Origin: Microcoleus sp.
GTDB lineage: Bacteria > Cyanobacteriota > Cyanobacteriia > Cyanobacteriales > Microcoleaceae
DNA length: 64,000 nucleotides
Assembly (NCBI GenBank): GCA_052279835.1
Contig: CP181291.1
Coordinates: 576,001 to 640,000, forward strand
Reading direction: 5' to 3'
Shown: piece after piece, positions 40,705 to 51,315 of the stretch
Position numbering within the stretch: the stretch's first letter is position 1
Layout of the letters: the number at the start of each line of letters is the position of its first letter
The notes under the pieces: model-generated
What the model was told of the DNA's origin: nothing
Database searches by the model: none
Seen by the model: only the letters and a program-made list of their open reading frames with translations
Position numbers and translations under genes: made by a program

Positions 40705-42261
40705 TTAGGAATCTTTAACAGGCCGCATTGTCGGGAACATCACCGCATCGCGGATGCTTTGAGTATTAGTCAACAGCATCACCAATCTATCGACACCGAT
40801 TCCCATACCCGCACAATTAGGCATTCCTAAAGATAAGGCTTGAATAAAGTCTTCATCCATTGGATGCGCTTCATCATCCCCTGCGTCTTTCTGTGCTAAT
40901 TGTTCCTCAAACCGCTTTCTTTGCTCTTTCGGATCGTTCAATTCCGAGAAGCCGTTCGAGTATTCCATCCCGTTGATAAATAACTCGAAACGCTCGACAA
41001 ATCCAGGTTTGCTGCGGTGTCCTTTGGCGAGGGGACTGACTTCTACAGGAAAGTCAATGATGAAAGTTGGCTGAATTAGTTTGGGGACTACTAATTTGTC
41101 AAACACGGCGTACAGCACGTAGCCTAAACTCTGTTGTTCTAATTTAGAAAGGTGTAATTCTAGTTTAGTTGCAGAGGCGATCGCACTTTCGAGATCCAAG
41201 CTATCAAAATCCAACCCAAACTCGTCTCTGACAGATTCCACCATGGTTTTCACTTCCCAGTGCAGGCCGCTAAAACTGGGATATTTTTCGCTGTAGTCGA
41301 ACTTGCGTTCTAAACTAATCATCTGTCCCTGATTTTCAATTTCTTTGACATCCCCAAGTACAGCCTGAGCAGCGCTACACATGACATCTTCTACCACTGC
41401 TAAAATGTCGAAGTAATCTGCATAAGCTTGGTAAACTTCTATGGAGGTAAACTCAGGATTGTGGGTGCTATCAATCCCCTCATTTCTAAAAGCTTTTCCT
41501 AGTTCAAATACTCGCTCAAAACCGCCACAAATTGCTCTTTTCAAGAACAGTTCGGGAGCGACTCGCAAATACAAATCCACATCCAAAGCATTGTGGTGAG
41601 TGACAAAGGGCTTAGCAGCAGCACCACCGTAAATTGCTTGCAGTGTCGGGGTTTCTATTTCATGAAAATCGGCTTTCGAGAGATAGGATCGGATGTTCCA
41701 GACGATGCGACTGCGGAGCATAAAACGGTTGAAAGCGTCTTGGTTGCTGGCTAAATCCATTTCGCGATGGCGACGGCAAACTTCGGGGTCGTTAATTCCG
41801 TAATAAGCATCGGGAAATTGAATGGTAGCTTTTGATAACAGCGTGAATTCCCGCACTAAAATCGAAAGTTCTCCCTTTTGAGTGCGACAGCCGATGCCTT
41901 CGACACCGATAAAATCGCCGACATCCAGCAATTTTTTAATTTGCTGGAAGCTTAAACCGACTTCGCCCGTGACGACTTTTTTCTCAATTTTGAGTTGGAT
42001 TTTGTCTGTGGCGTCTTTTAAATCGATGAAGCAAATGCTGCCGCTGTCCCGTTTGGAAGTGATGCGGCCCCCTACTCGCAGGGAAATTTCTTCGGGGTCG
42101 CTTTCTCCATTTTGGAGTTCTTTTCCCGGTTGACTAAATAATTCGCGAACTTGCTTGGTTGTGTGCGATCGCACGTAAGATTGGCTAGGATACGGTTCTA
42201 TGCCTTGCGATCGCAGTTCGTCTACTTTTTGACTGCGGACTTCGGCTTCACTGAGAGTCAT
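40705..42261 (-). CDS. lysS: Lysine--tRNA ligase (class II)
   Basis: OB-fold N-terminus; ETPTL, GGAAAKPF.THHN, FRNEGID.THNPEFT, ERFELF, SELNDP, GIGVDRLVMLLT; ATG 42261. Confidence 0.93.
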   Translation of the reverse strand: MTLSEAEVRSQKVDELRSQGIEPYPSQSYVRSHTTKQVRELFSQPGKELQNGESDPEEISLRVGGRITSKRDSGSICFIDLKDATDKIQLKIEKKVVTGEVGLSFQQIKKLLDVGDFIGVEGIGCRTQKGELSILVREFTLLSKATIQFPDAYYGINDPEVCRRHREMDLASNQDAFNRFMLRSRIVWNIRSYLSKADFHEIETPTLQAIYGGAAAKPFVTHHNALDVDLYLRVAPELFLKRAICGGFERVFELGKAFRNEGIDSTHNPEFTSIEVYQAYADYFDILAVVEDVMCSAAQAVLGDVKEIENQGQMISLERKFDYSEKYPSFSGLHWEVKTMVESVRDEFGLDFDSLDLESAIASATKLELHLSKLEQQSLGYVLYAVFDKLVVPKLIQPTFIIDFPVEVSPLAKGHRSKPGFVERFELFINGMEYSNGFSELNDPKEQRKRFEEQLAQKDAGDDEAHPMDEDFIQALSLGMPNCAGMGIGVDRLVMLLTNTQSIRDAVMFPTMRPVKDS

Positions 42262-42509
42262 TAGGTATTGCCTGACTAAAATTGCAAATATAGCAGAAGG
42301 CAGAAGGCACAAGGAAGTAAGGAAGAAGGAAGATCGATGGGTCGCAGGCAGAAGGAAGGAACCAAATGCTATCATAGCAATGGTTTCAGCGATTTTACTA
42401 CTTTCCCCACTGAAATTGGAGGCAAAGCCTCGCGGATCTGCGTTACCAGGCTCTGCCAATCGGTGTCAAATTAAGGAGTGCTGCTGGCGTGAGATCGCTA
42501 TTTTATCAA

Positions 42510-42580
42510 TAGACTTCTCCTAAAAAGATAGTCAAGAAGAGACCCGATGCCTGTTCCACAGGAATTATGCCAGATGTCTA
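42510..42580. mobile_element. Second copy of the 71-bp TAGACATCTCC mini element
   Basis: Colinear with 31090-31160 (CCTAAAAAGATAGTCAA...GATGCCTGTTCCACAGGAATTATG...AGATGTCTA). Confidence 0.75.
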
Positions 42581-42597
42581 TGAGGTTGGCGATCGCA

Positions 42598-43236
42598 TTA
42601 TCTCTTTAACATAGCCCAAACAAAACCTGCTCCCCGCCCCTGCACTCTAGCCATCTTAATCCACAATAAAGTCATGTGTTCTAGATGGAGACTCATGGAG
42701 AGATTTCCCGTATCAATTGGTTCCCATCCAAGCTGTTGACAGAGCTCTGCAACCACTGCTTTAGCGGCAGGATCGTCGCCAGCAATTAACATGGCGGGTT
42801 TCAGCTCGCCGTAATTGGGATAGTCACTATTTTCAAAGTTTTCGTAACCGTAAATTGTAAAGGCTTTGACAACCCAAGCATCTGGCACCAGTTTTTGAAT
42901 TGTTTCGCTGCCAGAGGTGCTACTTTGTAAACCGTGTGTCAGATTCGCACCAACGGGATTGGTACAGTCTACTAAAATCTTCTTACTCAGGGCAGATTTG
43001 AGTGGGGTAAGGGCAGATTCGATCGCGGCAAATGGTGTGGCCAGAAACACCGCATCCGCTGATTCAATGGCTTCTAAGGGCGATCGAACTAATAGGTTCG
43101 GATTGCGATTCAGGGCAGATTGAACCGTCTGAGACTGTGAATCGCGAGCAGCAATGACAACCTCATGACCCAGTTTTTGTAAGCGATCGGCTAAGGGCGC
43201 ACCGACATTACCAACACCGATAAAAGCAATTTTCAT
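42598..43236 (-). CDS. NADP oxidoreductase (F420-dependent NADP reductase-like)
   Basis: IG.GNVG Rossmann motif, LATPF, VDCTNP, VVKAF, AGDD. Confidence 0.85.
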   Translation of the reverse strand: MKIAFIGVGNVGAPLADRLQKLGHEVVIAARDSQSQTVQSALNRNPNLLVRSPLEAIESADAVFLATPFAAIESALTPLKSALSKKILVDCTNPVGANLTHGLQSSTSGSETIQKLVPDAWVVKAFTIYGYENFENSDYPNYGELKPAMLIAGDDPAAKAVVAELCQQLGWEPIDTGNLSMSLHLEHMTLLWIKMARVQGRGAGFVWAMLKR

Positions 43237-43239
43237 TGG

Positions 43240-43950
43240 TTAATCTCCTAATGCTGCCAAAACCAGTTTTGCTGTTTCTTTGCCTGAATTTTGTTGCTGA
43301 CCCGTAATCAAATTGCCATCCCGCACTGCGTGTGGTGCGAAGGCTTCCTTAGTGACAAAATTTGCACCTAACTTGTTGGCTTCGTCTTCGATGCGGAAGG
43401 GCATCACGGTTTGACCCACAACTCGATCGGCGTAATCTTCCTCAGTATTGGCAAATCCAGTAATTGTTTTACCTCGAATCAAGTATGTTCCATCGGAAAG
43501 TTTGCTTTCAAGCAGTACGCAAGTGCCATGACACAGCGCAGCAGTGGGTTTACCAGTTTCATAGAAGTTGGCGAATAGTTGCAATAGTGCTGGGTTTTGA
43601 CGGAAGGTGAACATCGGCGACTGACCGCCACACACTACGATCGCATCAAATTCATTCATATTCAAATCGCCGATCGCGGCAGTATTTTCTAGCAACTCCA
43701 TAAATTCCGGCTGATTGATGTACTGCAATGAAAGCGCATCATCTTTGGAATAGCCAGAAGCATCGCGAGGATCGCTCAAACTATCGAATTCAACCTTGCC
43801 ACCATTGGGACTAGCGATCGTCACCGGGCAACCAGCTTTGATAAATTCATCGTAGGGATGAATCAATTCTGAGGCCCAGAAGCCCACAGGGCCACCCAGA
43901 GTGGTTGAGATTGATGGATTGGCAACAATTAGCAGAATGTGGCGACTCAT
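43240..43950 (-). CDS. DJ-1/PfpI-family (type 1 glutamine amidotransferase-like, Hsp31-like) protein
   Basis: GFWASEL..PY, ASP.GG, ALCHG nucleophile, DGNLITGQ. Confidence 0.88.
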   Translation of the reverse strand: MSRHILLIVANPSISTTLGGPVGFWASELIHPYDEFIKAGCPVTIASPNGGKVEFDSLSDPRDASGYSKDDALSLQYINQPEFMELLENTAAIGDLNMNEFDAIVVCGGQSPMFTFRQNPALLQLFANFYETGKPTAALCHGTCVLLESKLSDGTYLIRGKTITGFANTEEDYADRVVGQTVMPFRIEDEANKLGANFVTKEAFAPHAVRDGNLITGQQQNSGKETAKLVLAALGD

Positions 43951-43994
43951 AAAATTCCCGTTTGGAAATAACACAATTCAGTTTCCTTTTCAGT

Positions 43995-44014
43995 ATGAAT
44001 TGGATATCATTCAT
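43995..44014. promoter_or_regulatory. Candidate LysR operator in the divergent intergenic region
   Basis: ATGAAT-N8-ATTCAT palindrome between divergent starts. Confidence 0.4.
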
Positions 44015-44052
44015 TTGTCCAATAGATATTTTATATAAACTTAATTCATTCT

Positions 44053-44958
44053 ATGAATCTTTCTGGAATCGATCTCAACCTGTTGGTGGTCTTCGATGCA
44101 CTAATGACAGAACGCCAAGTCACTCGTGCCGGAGAACGCATCGGGTTAAGCCAACCCGCAACGAGTAATGCTCTAGCGCGACTGCGGAATTTAACCCAGG
44201 ATGAACTCTTTGTCAGAAGCAGTGGTGGATTGCATCCTACGCCTGTGGCGATCGCGCTAGCTCGACAGATTCAGCCTGCCTTAAACCAAATTCAAACGGC
44301 TCTGTCACCAGCACAACCCTTCGATCCTATAACCAGCGATCGAGTCTTTAGCATTGGCATGAACGATTATGTGGAATTTGTACTCTTACCTAGGTTATTA
44401 GAAAAGCTGGAAACCATTGCACCCCATGTCAAAATTCAAGTGCGAGCGGGCGATCGACAACAAAGTCTGGCGCTATTAGATAGCGGCGAAATCGATCTGC
44501 TCTGTGGATTATTTCCCGAACAAATTGCTTGGCATCAAGAACAGTTGCTTTTTCAAGAACAGTTTGTTTGTGTCTGTCGTCGCGATCGCCCATCGATGGG
44601 CGATTCGATTTCACTTCAAGAATATGTGAGTGCCTCTCATTTGTTAGTGTCAGTTCAAGAGGATATGGTGGGACGTGTAGATAATCTGTTAGCCAAACAA
44701 AATCTCACCCGAAACATTGCTCTATCAATTCCGCACTTTTTGGTTGCCCCTTCTATCTTGGCTCGGACAAATCTGATTGCTACCCTGGCAGAGCGGGTTG
44801 CCCTTGAGTTTGCCCCCAGCCAAAATTTAAAAATCCTGCCTTGTCCACTTCCTCTAAAGGGGTTTTCTGTTTTCATGCGCTGGCATCAAAGCACGCGCGA
44901 TCTGGTTACCCATGCTTGGCTTAGAGCCTTAATTACACAGGTGGCGATGATCGATTGA
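44053..44958 (+). CDS. LysR-family transcriptional regulator (NodD/LeuO-like)
   Basis: DLNLLVVFDALM.ER.VTRAG.RIGLSQPA.SNAL.RLR HTH. Confidence 0.93.
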   Translation: MNLSGIDLNLLVVFDALMTERQVTRAGERIGLSQPATSNALARLRNLTQDELFVRSSGGLHPTPVAIALARQIQPALNQIQTALSPAQPFDPITSDRVFSIGMNDYVEFVLLPRLLEKLETIAPHVKIQVRAGDRQQSLALLDSGEIDLLCGLFPEQIAWHQEQLLFQEQFVCVCRRDRPSMGDSISLQEYVSASHLLVSVQEDMVGRVDNLLAKQNLTRNIALSIPHFLVAPSILARTNLIATLAERVALEFAPSQNLKILPCPLPLKGFSVFMRWHQSTRDLVTHAWLRALITQVAMID

Positions 44959-45274
44959 AATCAACAGGGGTTAGTGAACTACCTACAGTGACCTTTTCCT
45001 AGGTTGTCACCAATCGGTAGAGCCTGGTAGCGAGTAGACTGCCAACTGACGACTGACAACAGCCAACAGCCCACACTCAAGAGCACAAAGACGGCAAAAT
45101 ATTAAAAAATTAAGTTGTATATCGAGTCCAAGTGGTGAGATGATCTGTAGTGCAGCCTCACGGCAGTTCCACAGAATCTGAACACTAGAGACGATGGTCG
45201 ATCGAACTCGACTCATCGCACCTCTGCCAGAATCGACCACACACACTCACTCCATAAACATCAAAACCACAATT

Positions 45275-47290
45275 ATGGCTGTTGCAACCCAATCACTCGA
45301 AGAACTCTGCATCAACTCTATCCGCTTTCTCGCCATCGATGCGGTAGAAAAAGCAAAATCAGGCCATCCTGGACTGCCGATGGGCGCTGCCCCTATGGCT
45401 TTTGTGCTGTGGGATCGGTTTATGCGGTTCAACCCGAAAAACCCCAAGTGGTTCAATCGCGATCGCTTCGTTCTCTCCGCCGGCCACGGCTGTATGCTAC
45501 AGTACGCCCTCATGTACTTGACAGGCTACGATAGCGTCAGCCTCGACGACATCAAGCAATTTCGGCAGTGGGAATCGAAAACACCGGGACACCCAGAAAA
45601 CTTCGTCACAGAAGGCGTAGAAGTTACTACCGGCCCCCTGGGACAAGGCATTGCTAACGCCGTCGGTTTGGCAATGGCAGAAGCTCACCTCGCAGCTAGA
45701 TTTAACAAGCCCGGTAACACGATTGTTGACCACTACACCTATGTAATTATGGGTGATGGTTGCCACATGGAAGGTATTTCTGGCGAAGCTTGTTCTTTGG
45801 CCGGACACCTGGGACTAGGCAAATTAATTGCTCTCTATGATGATAATCACATCTCGATCGAAGGCGACACAAACTTAGCCTTTACTGAAGATGTCGGCAA
45901 GCGTTTTGAAGCCTACAACTGGCACGTCATTACTGTAGACAATGACGCTCTAGACCAAGATACTAGCCTCGAAGCAGTTCACAAAGCTATCGAAGAAGCT
46001 AAGAAAGTCACGGACAAACCGTCCATGATTAAAGTCCGCACAATTATTGGTTACGGTTCTCCCAACAAGCGCAATAGTTATAGTGCTCACGGTGCTGCTT
46101 TGGGTGGCGCTGAAGTGCAAGCAACTCGCGATTTCTTGAAGTGGGAATATGAGCCCTTTGTAATTCCTGATGATGCTTTGGCTCACTTCCGCAAAGCGTG
46201 CGATCGCGGTGCACAGGCCGAACAAGAATGGCAGCAAACTTTTGATGCTTACAAAGCAGCATATCCCGCCGAAGCAGCAGAATACGAGCGCACTGTTGCT
46301 GGCAAACTTCCCGAAGGTTGGGACAAAGTTTTGCCTACCTACAACCCAGAAGATAAGGCAGATTCCACTCGGAATCATTCTGGAAAATGTTTGAATGCTT
46401 TGGCTGGTGTGTTACCTGAATTGATCGGCGGTTCCGCTGATTTGGCTTCTTCTAACATGACTTTGCTCAAGGGTGAAAAAGACTTCCAAAAAGGTCAGTA
46501 CGAAGGACGTAACCTCCGGTTTGGTGTGCGGGAACATGGCATGGGGGCGATCGCCAACGGCTTGCTTCTCCACGGCGGTTTGATTCCTTACTGCGCTACC
46601 TTCTTGGTGTTTGCTGACTATATGCGGGGCGCAATTCGCCTGTCTGCACTTTCAGAAGCTGGTGTCATTTATGTAATGACTCACGACTCCGTAGCCTTGG
46701 GCGAAGATGGTCCGACTCACCAACCAGTAGAAACCATCGCTTCTTTGCGCGTCATTCCTGATTTGTATGTGATCCGCCCTGCTGATGGAAATGAAACATC
46801 CGGCGCTTACAAAGTAGCCATTGAAAACCGGAAAATCCCAACATTGATGGCTCTGTCTCGTCAAAACTTGCCTAACTTGGCCGGAAGTTCGATCGAAGGA
46901 ACAGCCAAAGGCGCTTACATTTTGTCTGACGACGGTGGCACTCCCGACATCATTTTAATCGGCACCGGTGGCGAAACATACCTCTGCGTTGATGCGGCTG
47001 AAAAATTGCGCGCCGCTGGTAATAAAGTGCGAGTAGTTTCGATGCCTTGCTGGGAATTGTTTGATGCACAAGATGCAGCTTACCGCGAATCTGTACTGCC
47101 AAAAGCTGTTACCAAGCGCTTGGCTGTGGAAGCTGGTTGTAGCTTCGGCTGGGGACGTTATGTCGGTGGTGAAGGCGATAGCGTCAGCATCGACACATTC
47201 GGCGCTTCTGCACCAGGCCCCGTTGTGTTAGAAAAGTTTGGCTACACCGTTGAGAATGTGGTAGCTAAGGCTCAGGCGCTGTTGGGCTAA
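45275..47290 (+). CDS. tkt: Transketolase
   Basis: [50 protein letters not shown] 45275. Confidence 0.97.
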   Translation: MAVATQSLEELCINSIRFLAIDAVEKAKSGHPGLPMGAAPMAFVLWDRFMRFNPKNPKWFNRDRFVLSAGHGCMLQYALMYLTGYDSVSLDDIKQFRQWESKTPGHPENFVTEGVEVTTGPLGQGIANAVGLAMAEAHLAARFNKPGNTIVDHYTYVIMGDGCHMEGISGEACSLAGHLGLGKLIALYDDNHISIEGDTNLAFTEDVGKRFEAYNWHVITVDNDALDQDTSLEAVHKAIEEAKKVTDKPSMIKVRTIIGYGSPNKRNSYSAHGAALGGAEVQATRDFLKWEYEPFVIPDDALAHFRKACDRGAQAEQEWQQTFDAYKAAYPAEAAEYERTVAGKLPEGWDKVLPTYNPEDKADSTRNHSGKCLNALAGVLPELIGGSADLASSNMTLLKGEKDFQKGQYEGRNLRFGVREHGMGAIANGLLLHGGLIPYCATFLVFADYMRGAIRLSALSEAGVIYVMTHDSVALGEDGPTHQPVETIASLRVIPDLYVIRPADGNETSGAYKVAIENRKIPTLMALSRQNLPNLAGSSIEGTAKGAYILSDDGGTPDIILIGTGGETYLCVDAAEKLRAAGNKVRVVSMPCWELFDAQDAAYRESVLPKAVTKRLAVEAGCSFGWGRYVGGEGDSVSIDTFGASAPGPVVLEKFGYTVENVVAKAQALLG

Positions 47291-47311
47291 TAGCCACAGC
47301 ATAATTTTGTT

Positions 47312-47345
47312 TGGGGCGGGCTTCTGGCTTTTGCCCCTTTTTTTT
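47312..47345 (+). terminator. Intrinsic terminator after tkt
   Basis: GGGGC...GCCCC stem followed by a T run. Confidence 0.7.
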
Positions 47346-47484
47346 GATCTAGCAGATTCCACGTTTATCTTAAGCTTGAAAGCATGGTGTCCTCTCTAGA
47401 GGGATCGGACAGAGCCACAGACCTTCTCTAGAGGGCTAGATCGGACACACCCCCTAGGGGTGGGTCTTAGCCGTCTCCCTACAA

Positions 47485-50400
47485 TTAATTGGTCAACTCC
47501 AAGTTGTGTGCGATCGCCACTATAGCTTCAGCTAACTGTTCAGGCTCAAGGGGTTTGATCAGGTGCTGTTGATAGCCACTGGCGATCGCTCGCTGGCGAT
47601 CGTCTTCTGTGGCATAGGCAGTCACAGCGATCGCCGGCAACTGTCCCCCTTGTTCGGGTGGTAGAGCGCGGATCTGTTGGATTAGGGTATAGCCATCGAC
47701 TTCAGGCATTCCAATATCGCTGACGAGCACGTCGGGTTGAAAGGATTTCAGGCTTGTCAGCACTTCTGCCACAGAGGCAACTGTCAGCACTTCTGCTCCA
47801 TATTGGGTCAGCAATGCGGTTAATAGCTCGCGGGTATCAAGTTCATCATCCACTGCCAGGACTCGAATTCCTGTGAGATCCAAGATTTGTTGTGGCAAAT
47901 CGCCTGTCTGGTTGTTTTCCGGCTCAACATTCAGCAAGGGCAACAGCACCGTAAACGTGGCTCCCAACCCTTTACCGGGGCTGTCAGCCACGATCGTGCC
48001 GCCGTGCGCTTCCACTAACTGACGGACGATCGTTAATCCCAACCCTAGGCCGCCATACTTACGGGTGGTTGAAGCATCTTCTTGCCGAAATGACTCAAAG
48101 ATATACGGTAGAAAGTCAGGGTTGATGCCTTTACCCGCGTCGCTGACTGTAATTTGTGCCTGGTTGTCGATTTGCTGCAACCGAATGTCTACCTGTCCCT
48201 GGTTGGGGGTAAATTTGATCGCGTTAGACAACAGGTTCCAAACCACTTGCTGGAGTCGAGCTGCATCGCCAGACACCAGCCCAACTTTGGGGAGCACCGG
48301 ATGAATCAGGATTGATTTGGCGACGGCTGCTGCCCTCACGGTGTCGATCGCCGATTCAATGATAAATGTCAGATTGACGGGAACCGTATCTATGCTGAGT
48401 TTGCCACGCAAAACTTTGGCAATGTCGAGGAGGTCATCAATCAGTTTGGCTTGCAGTTTGGCATTACGTTCAATCGTTGCCAGTGCTTGGGAGGTTTTAG
48501 CAGGATCGAAGTTGCGAGTTTGCAGGAGTTTTACCCAACCCAAAATTGGATTCAGGGGCGATCGCAACTCGTGGGAGAGAACGGTTAGAAAGTCATCTTT
48601 GATCCGATTGGCTCGTTCGGCTTCTGCTCTGGCCGCTTGCTCCTGTTCAAACAGGCGATCGCGTTCGGTTTCAGCTTGCTTGCGATCGGTGATATCCCGT
48701 GAAATCACCAGCACTCGTTCCACTAGCCCAGAGGCATCCAAAATTGGGCTAACGATCGCTTCCCACCATTTCGGCGTGCCTTTTGCGGTTGGGCAGTAGC
48801 CGCGAAAGAGGTAGACTTCGCCTGATGCGGCGGCGGCAAATGCCTGCTCTGCCTGTTGCCGATGGTCGCCATCCCAAAAGCAGAGCCATTCGGTATTCAG
48901 GTAAGGAGCGATGTCATCAATTTCCAGCAAACACAACCCACCCGTATTCATATAAAGGAGCTGCCCATCCAGGTTTAGTACCTTGATGCAGTCTGGACTG
49001 CTATCCAACATCCGATTTTTAAATTCTTCACTCTGTCGCAACGCTTCTTGGGCTTGTTTACGATCGGTGATATCTTCAGCAATCCCGGCAAACCGATAAA
49101 TCTCTCCTGCCCCGTCTCGGAGCGGAAAGCAGCGATCGTGCACCCAACGAATTCTGCCATCCGCCAAGACAAGACGGTACTCTTCATCAAATTGACCTGC
49201 GGCTGCTTTTTCCTGAAACGCTCTGGCAGTCCATTCCCGATCGTCTGGATGAATATAATCAATCCAGGCTTGTCGATCGTCATATAATTCCTGCGGGTTC
49301 AGCTTCCACAGGCGTTCATAGGCAGGACTGACATAGCACACTCGGTCTTCGGGCATCTCTTTGAACCAGAACACCGCATCAATATTTTCGGCCAACTGAC
49401 GGAAGCGTTCTTCACTTTCTTGCAGCACATCGGCTATCCGTTTGCGTTCCGTGATATCGAGATCCATGCCCGCCATCCGCATCGGCTGTCCGTTCTGGTC
49501 AAAAAACACTTTTCCCTGACTGAGTGCCCAGCGAATAGTGCCGTTAGGATATACCACCCGAAATTCAATGTCATAATCTTCTCCGGTGGCGATAGTATGA
49601 TTAATGTTTGCCACAACACGAGCGCGATCGTCCGGGTGCAGCCTCGTGACAAACATCTCATAGGAGCCGTCAAACTCTCCTGGTTGCAGTCCAAATAACG
49701 CTTCCAGGTTCTCTGACCATAAAATTTTTCCTGTCTGGATGTTCCAGTTCCACCTTCCCATGCGAGAGGCTTGCAATGCCAAGTTTAGCTGTTCTGTGCT
49801 CTCTCGTAGTTCTGCTTCTACCCGTTGGCGTTCAATTAATTCATGCTGTGCCTGCTGGTAAAGTTCCGCTTGCCGCAGGGCGATGCTCACCTGAGTTGCC
49901 AGTTCTTTGAGCAGGTCAATTTCTAGGGGCTGCCACGATCGAGGTGCAGCACAGTGATGGGCAATCAGCAAGCCCCAGAACCGATCGCCGTGCAGAATGG
50001 GCACGACCAGATTGGCTTTCACTTGAAACTGAGCCAACAATTCAACGTGGCAAGGATCGATATTGCCATCCTGAATATCAGCGATCGCCGTTACCTGACC
50101 CTGACGATAGCGTTTGACATAATCTTCGGCAAAGGTGGGATCGTGGGTTATTGATGGCGATCTGCTGAATCTGAGGTAGCTCTCAGCGAAGCAGGGATCG
50201 TACATCGTGGAGGAGAACAGCGATCGCCACTGTGACCCTACTGATTCTGCCACCACCGTCCCGTTGCCATCTGGTTCTAGCCGAAAAAACAGAACGCGAT
50301 CGGTGTGCAGAAATTGTTGCACCTCCGTCACTGTCGTTTGCAGAATTTCCTCCAGATCCAGAGTTTGATGTATTTTCCGGGTAATCTGGGAGATTAAGCG

Positions 50401-50829
50401 CTCTCGTTGAAGGGACTGTTGCAGTTGGGTGTGAAGCTGTACTTTAGCGATCGCCCCATTCACTGCCAGATGCAACCCCGCGGTCGTAATGTGCTCCTTG
50501 ACTAGATAATCTTGTGCCCCTGATTTCATCGCCTGCACCGCGATCGCCTCGTTGCCTTGCCCCGTCACCACAATCACTGGTAAGTATGGCTGCTGCGTGA
50601 AGGATTGCAGTTTGACCAGAAATTCCAGTCCATCCAGGTCGGGTAATCGGTAATCAAGCAATAGGGCATCCGGTTGATGTTGCTGCCACAGCTCTAGCCC
50701 GATGCGCCCCAGACCTGCTTCTAGAATCGTGTAAGAGTAATCTCGATCGCGCAGCAGATAGCGACGATAGAGTTCCCGGTCTTCAGGAGAATCATCCACG
50801 ATTAAAATAGTGCGCGAGAGTTGACCCAT
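47485..50829 (-). CDS. Hybrid sensor kinase REC-GAF(CBCR-like)-PASx3-HisKA-HATPase-REC
   Basis: N-terminal REC; GAF with DPCF and CH; three PAS/PAC domains; SHELRSP, NAIKFT, GLGLGL; C-terminal REC. Confidence 0.9.
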   Translation of the reverse strand: MGQLSRTILIVDDSPEDRELYRRYLLRDRDYSYTILEAGLGRIGLELWQQHQPDALLLDYRLPDLDGLEFLVKLQSFTQQPYLPVIVVTGQGNEAIAVQAMKSGAQDYLVKEHITTAGLHLAVNGAIAKVQLHTQLQQSLQRERLISQITRKIHQTLDLEEILQTTVTEVQQFLHTDRVLFFRLEPDGNGTVVAESVGSQWRSLFSSTMYDPCFAESYLRFSRSPSITHDPTFAEDYVKRYRQGQVTAIADIQDGNIDPCHVELLAQFQVKANLVVPILHGDRFWGLLIAHHCAAPRSWQPLEIDLLKELATQVSIALRQAELYQQAQHELIERQRVEAELRESTEQLNLALQASRMGRWNWNIQTGKILWSENLEALFGLQPGEFDGSYEMFVTRLHPDDRARVVANINHTIATGEDYDIEFRVVYPNGTIRWALSQGKVFFDQNGQPMRMAGMDLDITERKRIADVLQESEERFRQLAENIDAVFWFKEMPEDRVCYVSPAYERLWKLNPQELYDDRQAWIDYIHPDDREWTARAFQEKAAAGQFDEEYRLVLADGRIRWVHDRCFPLRDGAGEIYRFAGIAEDITDRKQAQEALRQSEEFKNRMLDSSPDCIKVLNLDGQLLYMNTGGLCLLEIDDIAPYLNTEWLCFWDGDHRQQAEQAFAAAASGEVYLFRGYCPTAKGTPKWWEAIVSPILDASGLVERVLVISRDITDRKQAETERDRLFEQEQAARAEAERANRIKDDFLTVLSHELRSPLNPILGWVKLLQTRNFDPAKTSQALATIERNAKLQAKLIDDLLDIAKVLRGKLSIDTVPVNLTFIIESAIDTVRAAAVAKSILIHPVLPKVGLVSGDAARLQQVVWNLLSNAIKFTPNQGQVDIRLQQIDNQAQITVSDAGKGINPDFLPYIFESFRQEDASTTRKYGGLGLGLTIVRQLVEAHGGTIVADSPGKGLGATFTVLLPLLNVEPENNQTGDLPQQILDLTGIRVLAVDDELDTRELLTALLTQYGAEVLTVASVAEVLTSLKSFQPDVLVSDIGMPEVDGYTLIQQIRALPPEQGGQLPAIAVTAYATEDDRQRAIASGYQQHLIKPLEPEQLAEAIVAIAHNLELTN

Positions 50830-50841
50830 GATTACTATTAA

Positions 50842-51315
50842 TTATTTCTCTAGGCGATCGGGCAGTGTTGTCACTTCAAACCAGTAATCTACGAGCATTT
50901 GCACATCTCGTTTTAGTTGAGCAAAGTTGATAGGTTTAATCATGTAGCTGTTGACACCGTATTGGTAGCAGTCTTCGATATCTTTTGGATTGTTGGAAGT
51001 TGTAAAGACTACAACCGGAATGGTTTTCAGGCTCTGATCTTGTTTGACCCGCCGCAATACTTCCCGTCCATCGATGCCGGGGAGATTTAGATCGAGCAGT
51101 ATCATACCAGGACGGGGCGCATTTTCAGGATCGACATAGCTACCAGTTCGATAAAGAAACGCCAATGCCTGCTCGCCATTCACGCACCGCTGAACGGGAA
51201 CGACTTTGGGCGATCGCCGCAAAAATCGTTGTAGTGCCTCAAAGTCTTCGTTGCTGTCTTCTACAATTAACAGCAGTGGCGTTTTGCCGATCGAGAGAGT
51301 TGAACTGTGAGTCAT
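50842..51315 (-). CDS. rcpB: Phytochrome-cognate single-domain response regulator (Rcp type)
   Basis: LIVEDS.ED, LLDLNLP, FTTS, KP, YWF; overlaps the phytochrome stop. Confidence 0.8.
   Translation of the reverse strand: MTHSSTLSIGKTPLLLIVEDSNEDFEALQRFLRRSPKVVPVQRCVNGEQALAFLYRTGSYVDPENAPRPGMILLDLNLPGIDGREVLRRVKQDQSLKTIPVVVFTTSNNPKDIEDCYQYGVNSYMIKPINFAQLKRDVQMLVDYWFEVTTLPDRLEK

Larger units (their letters stand above)
42459..45014. mobile_element. Putative cargo cassette bounded by TGTCAACTTAAG-family termini
   Basis: Left ATCGGTGTCAAATTAAG (15/17 to the MITE TIR); right CCTAGGTTGTCACCAAT (14/17); CCAATCGGT repeated at both junctions. Confidence 0.6.

Noticed and set aside
42262..42459. N-terminal extension of LysRS
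   Set aside because: It runs through heptamer repeats and a dispersed repeat; ATG 42261 gives a normal N-terminus.
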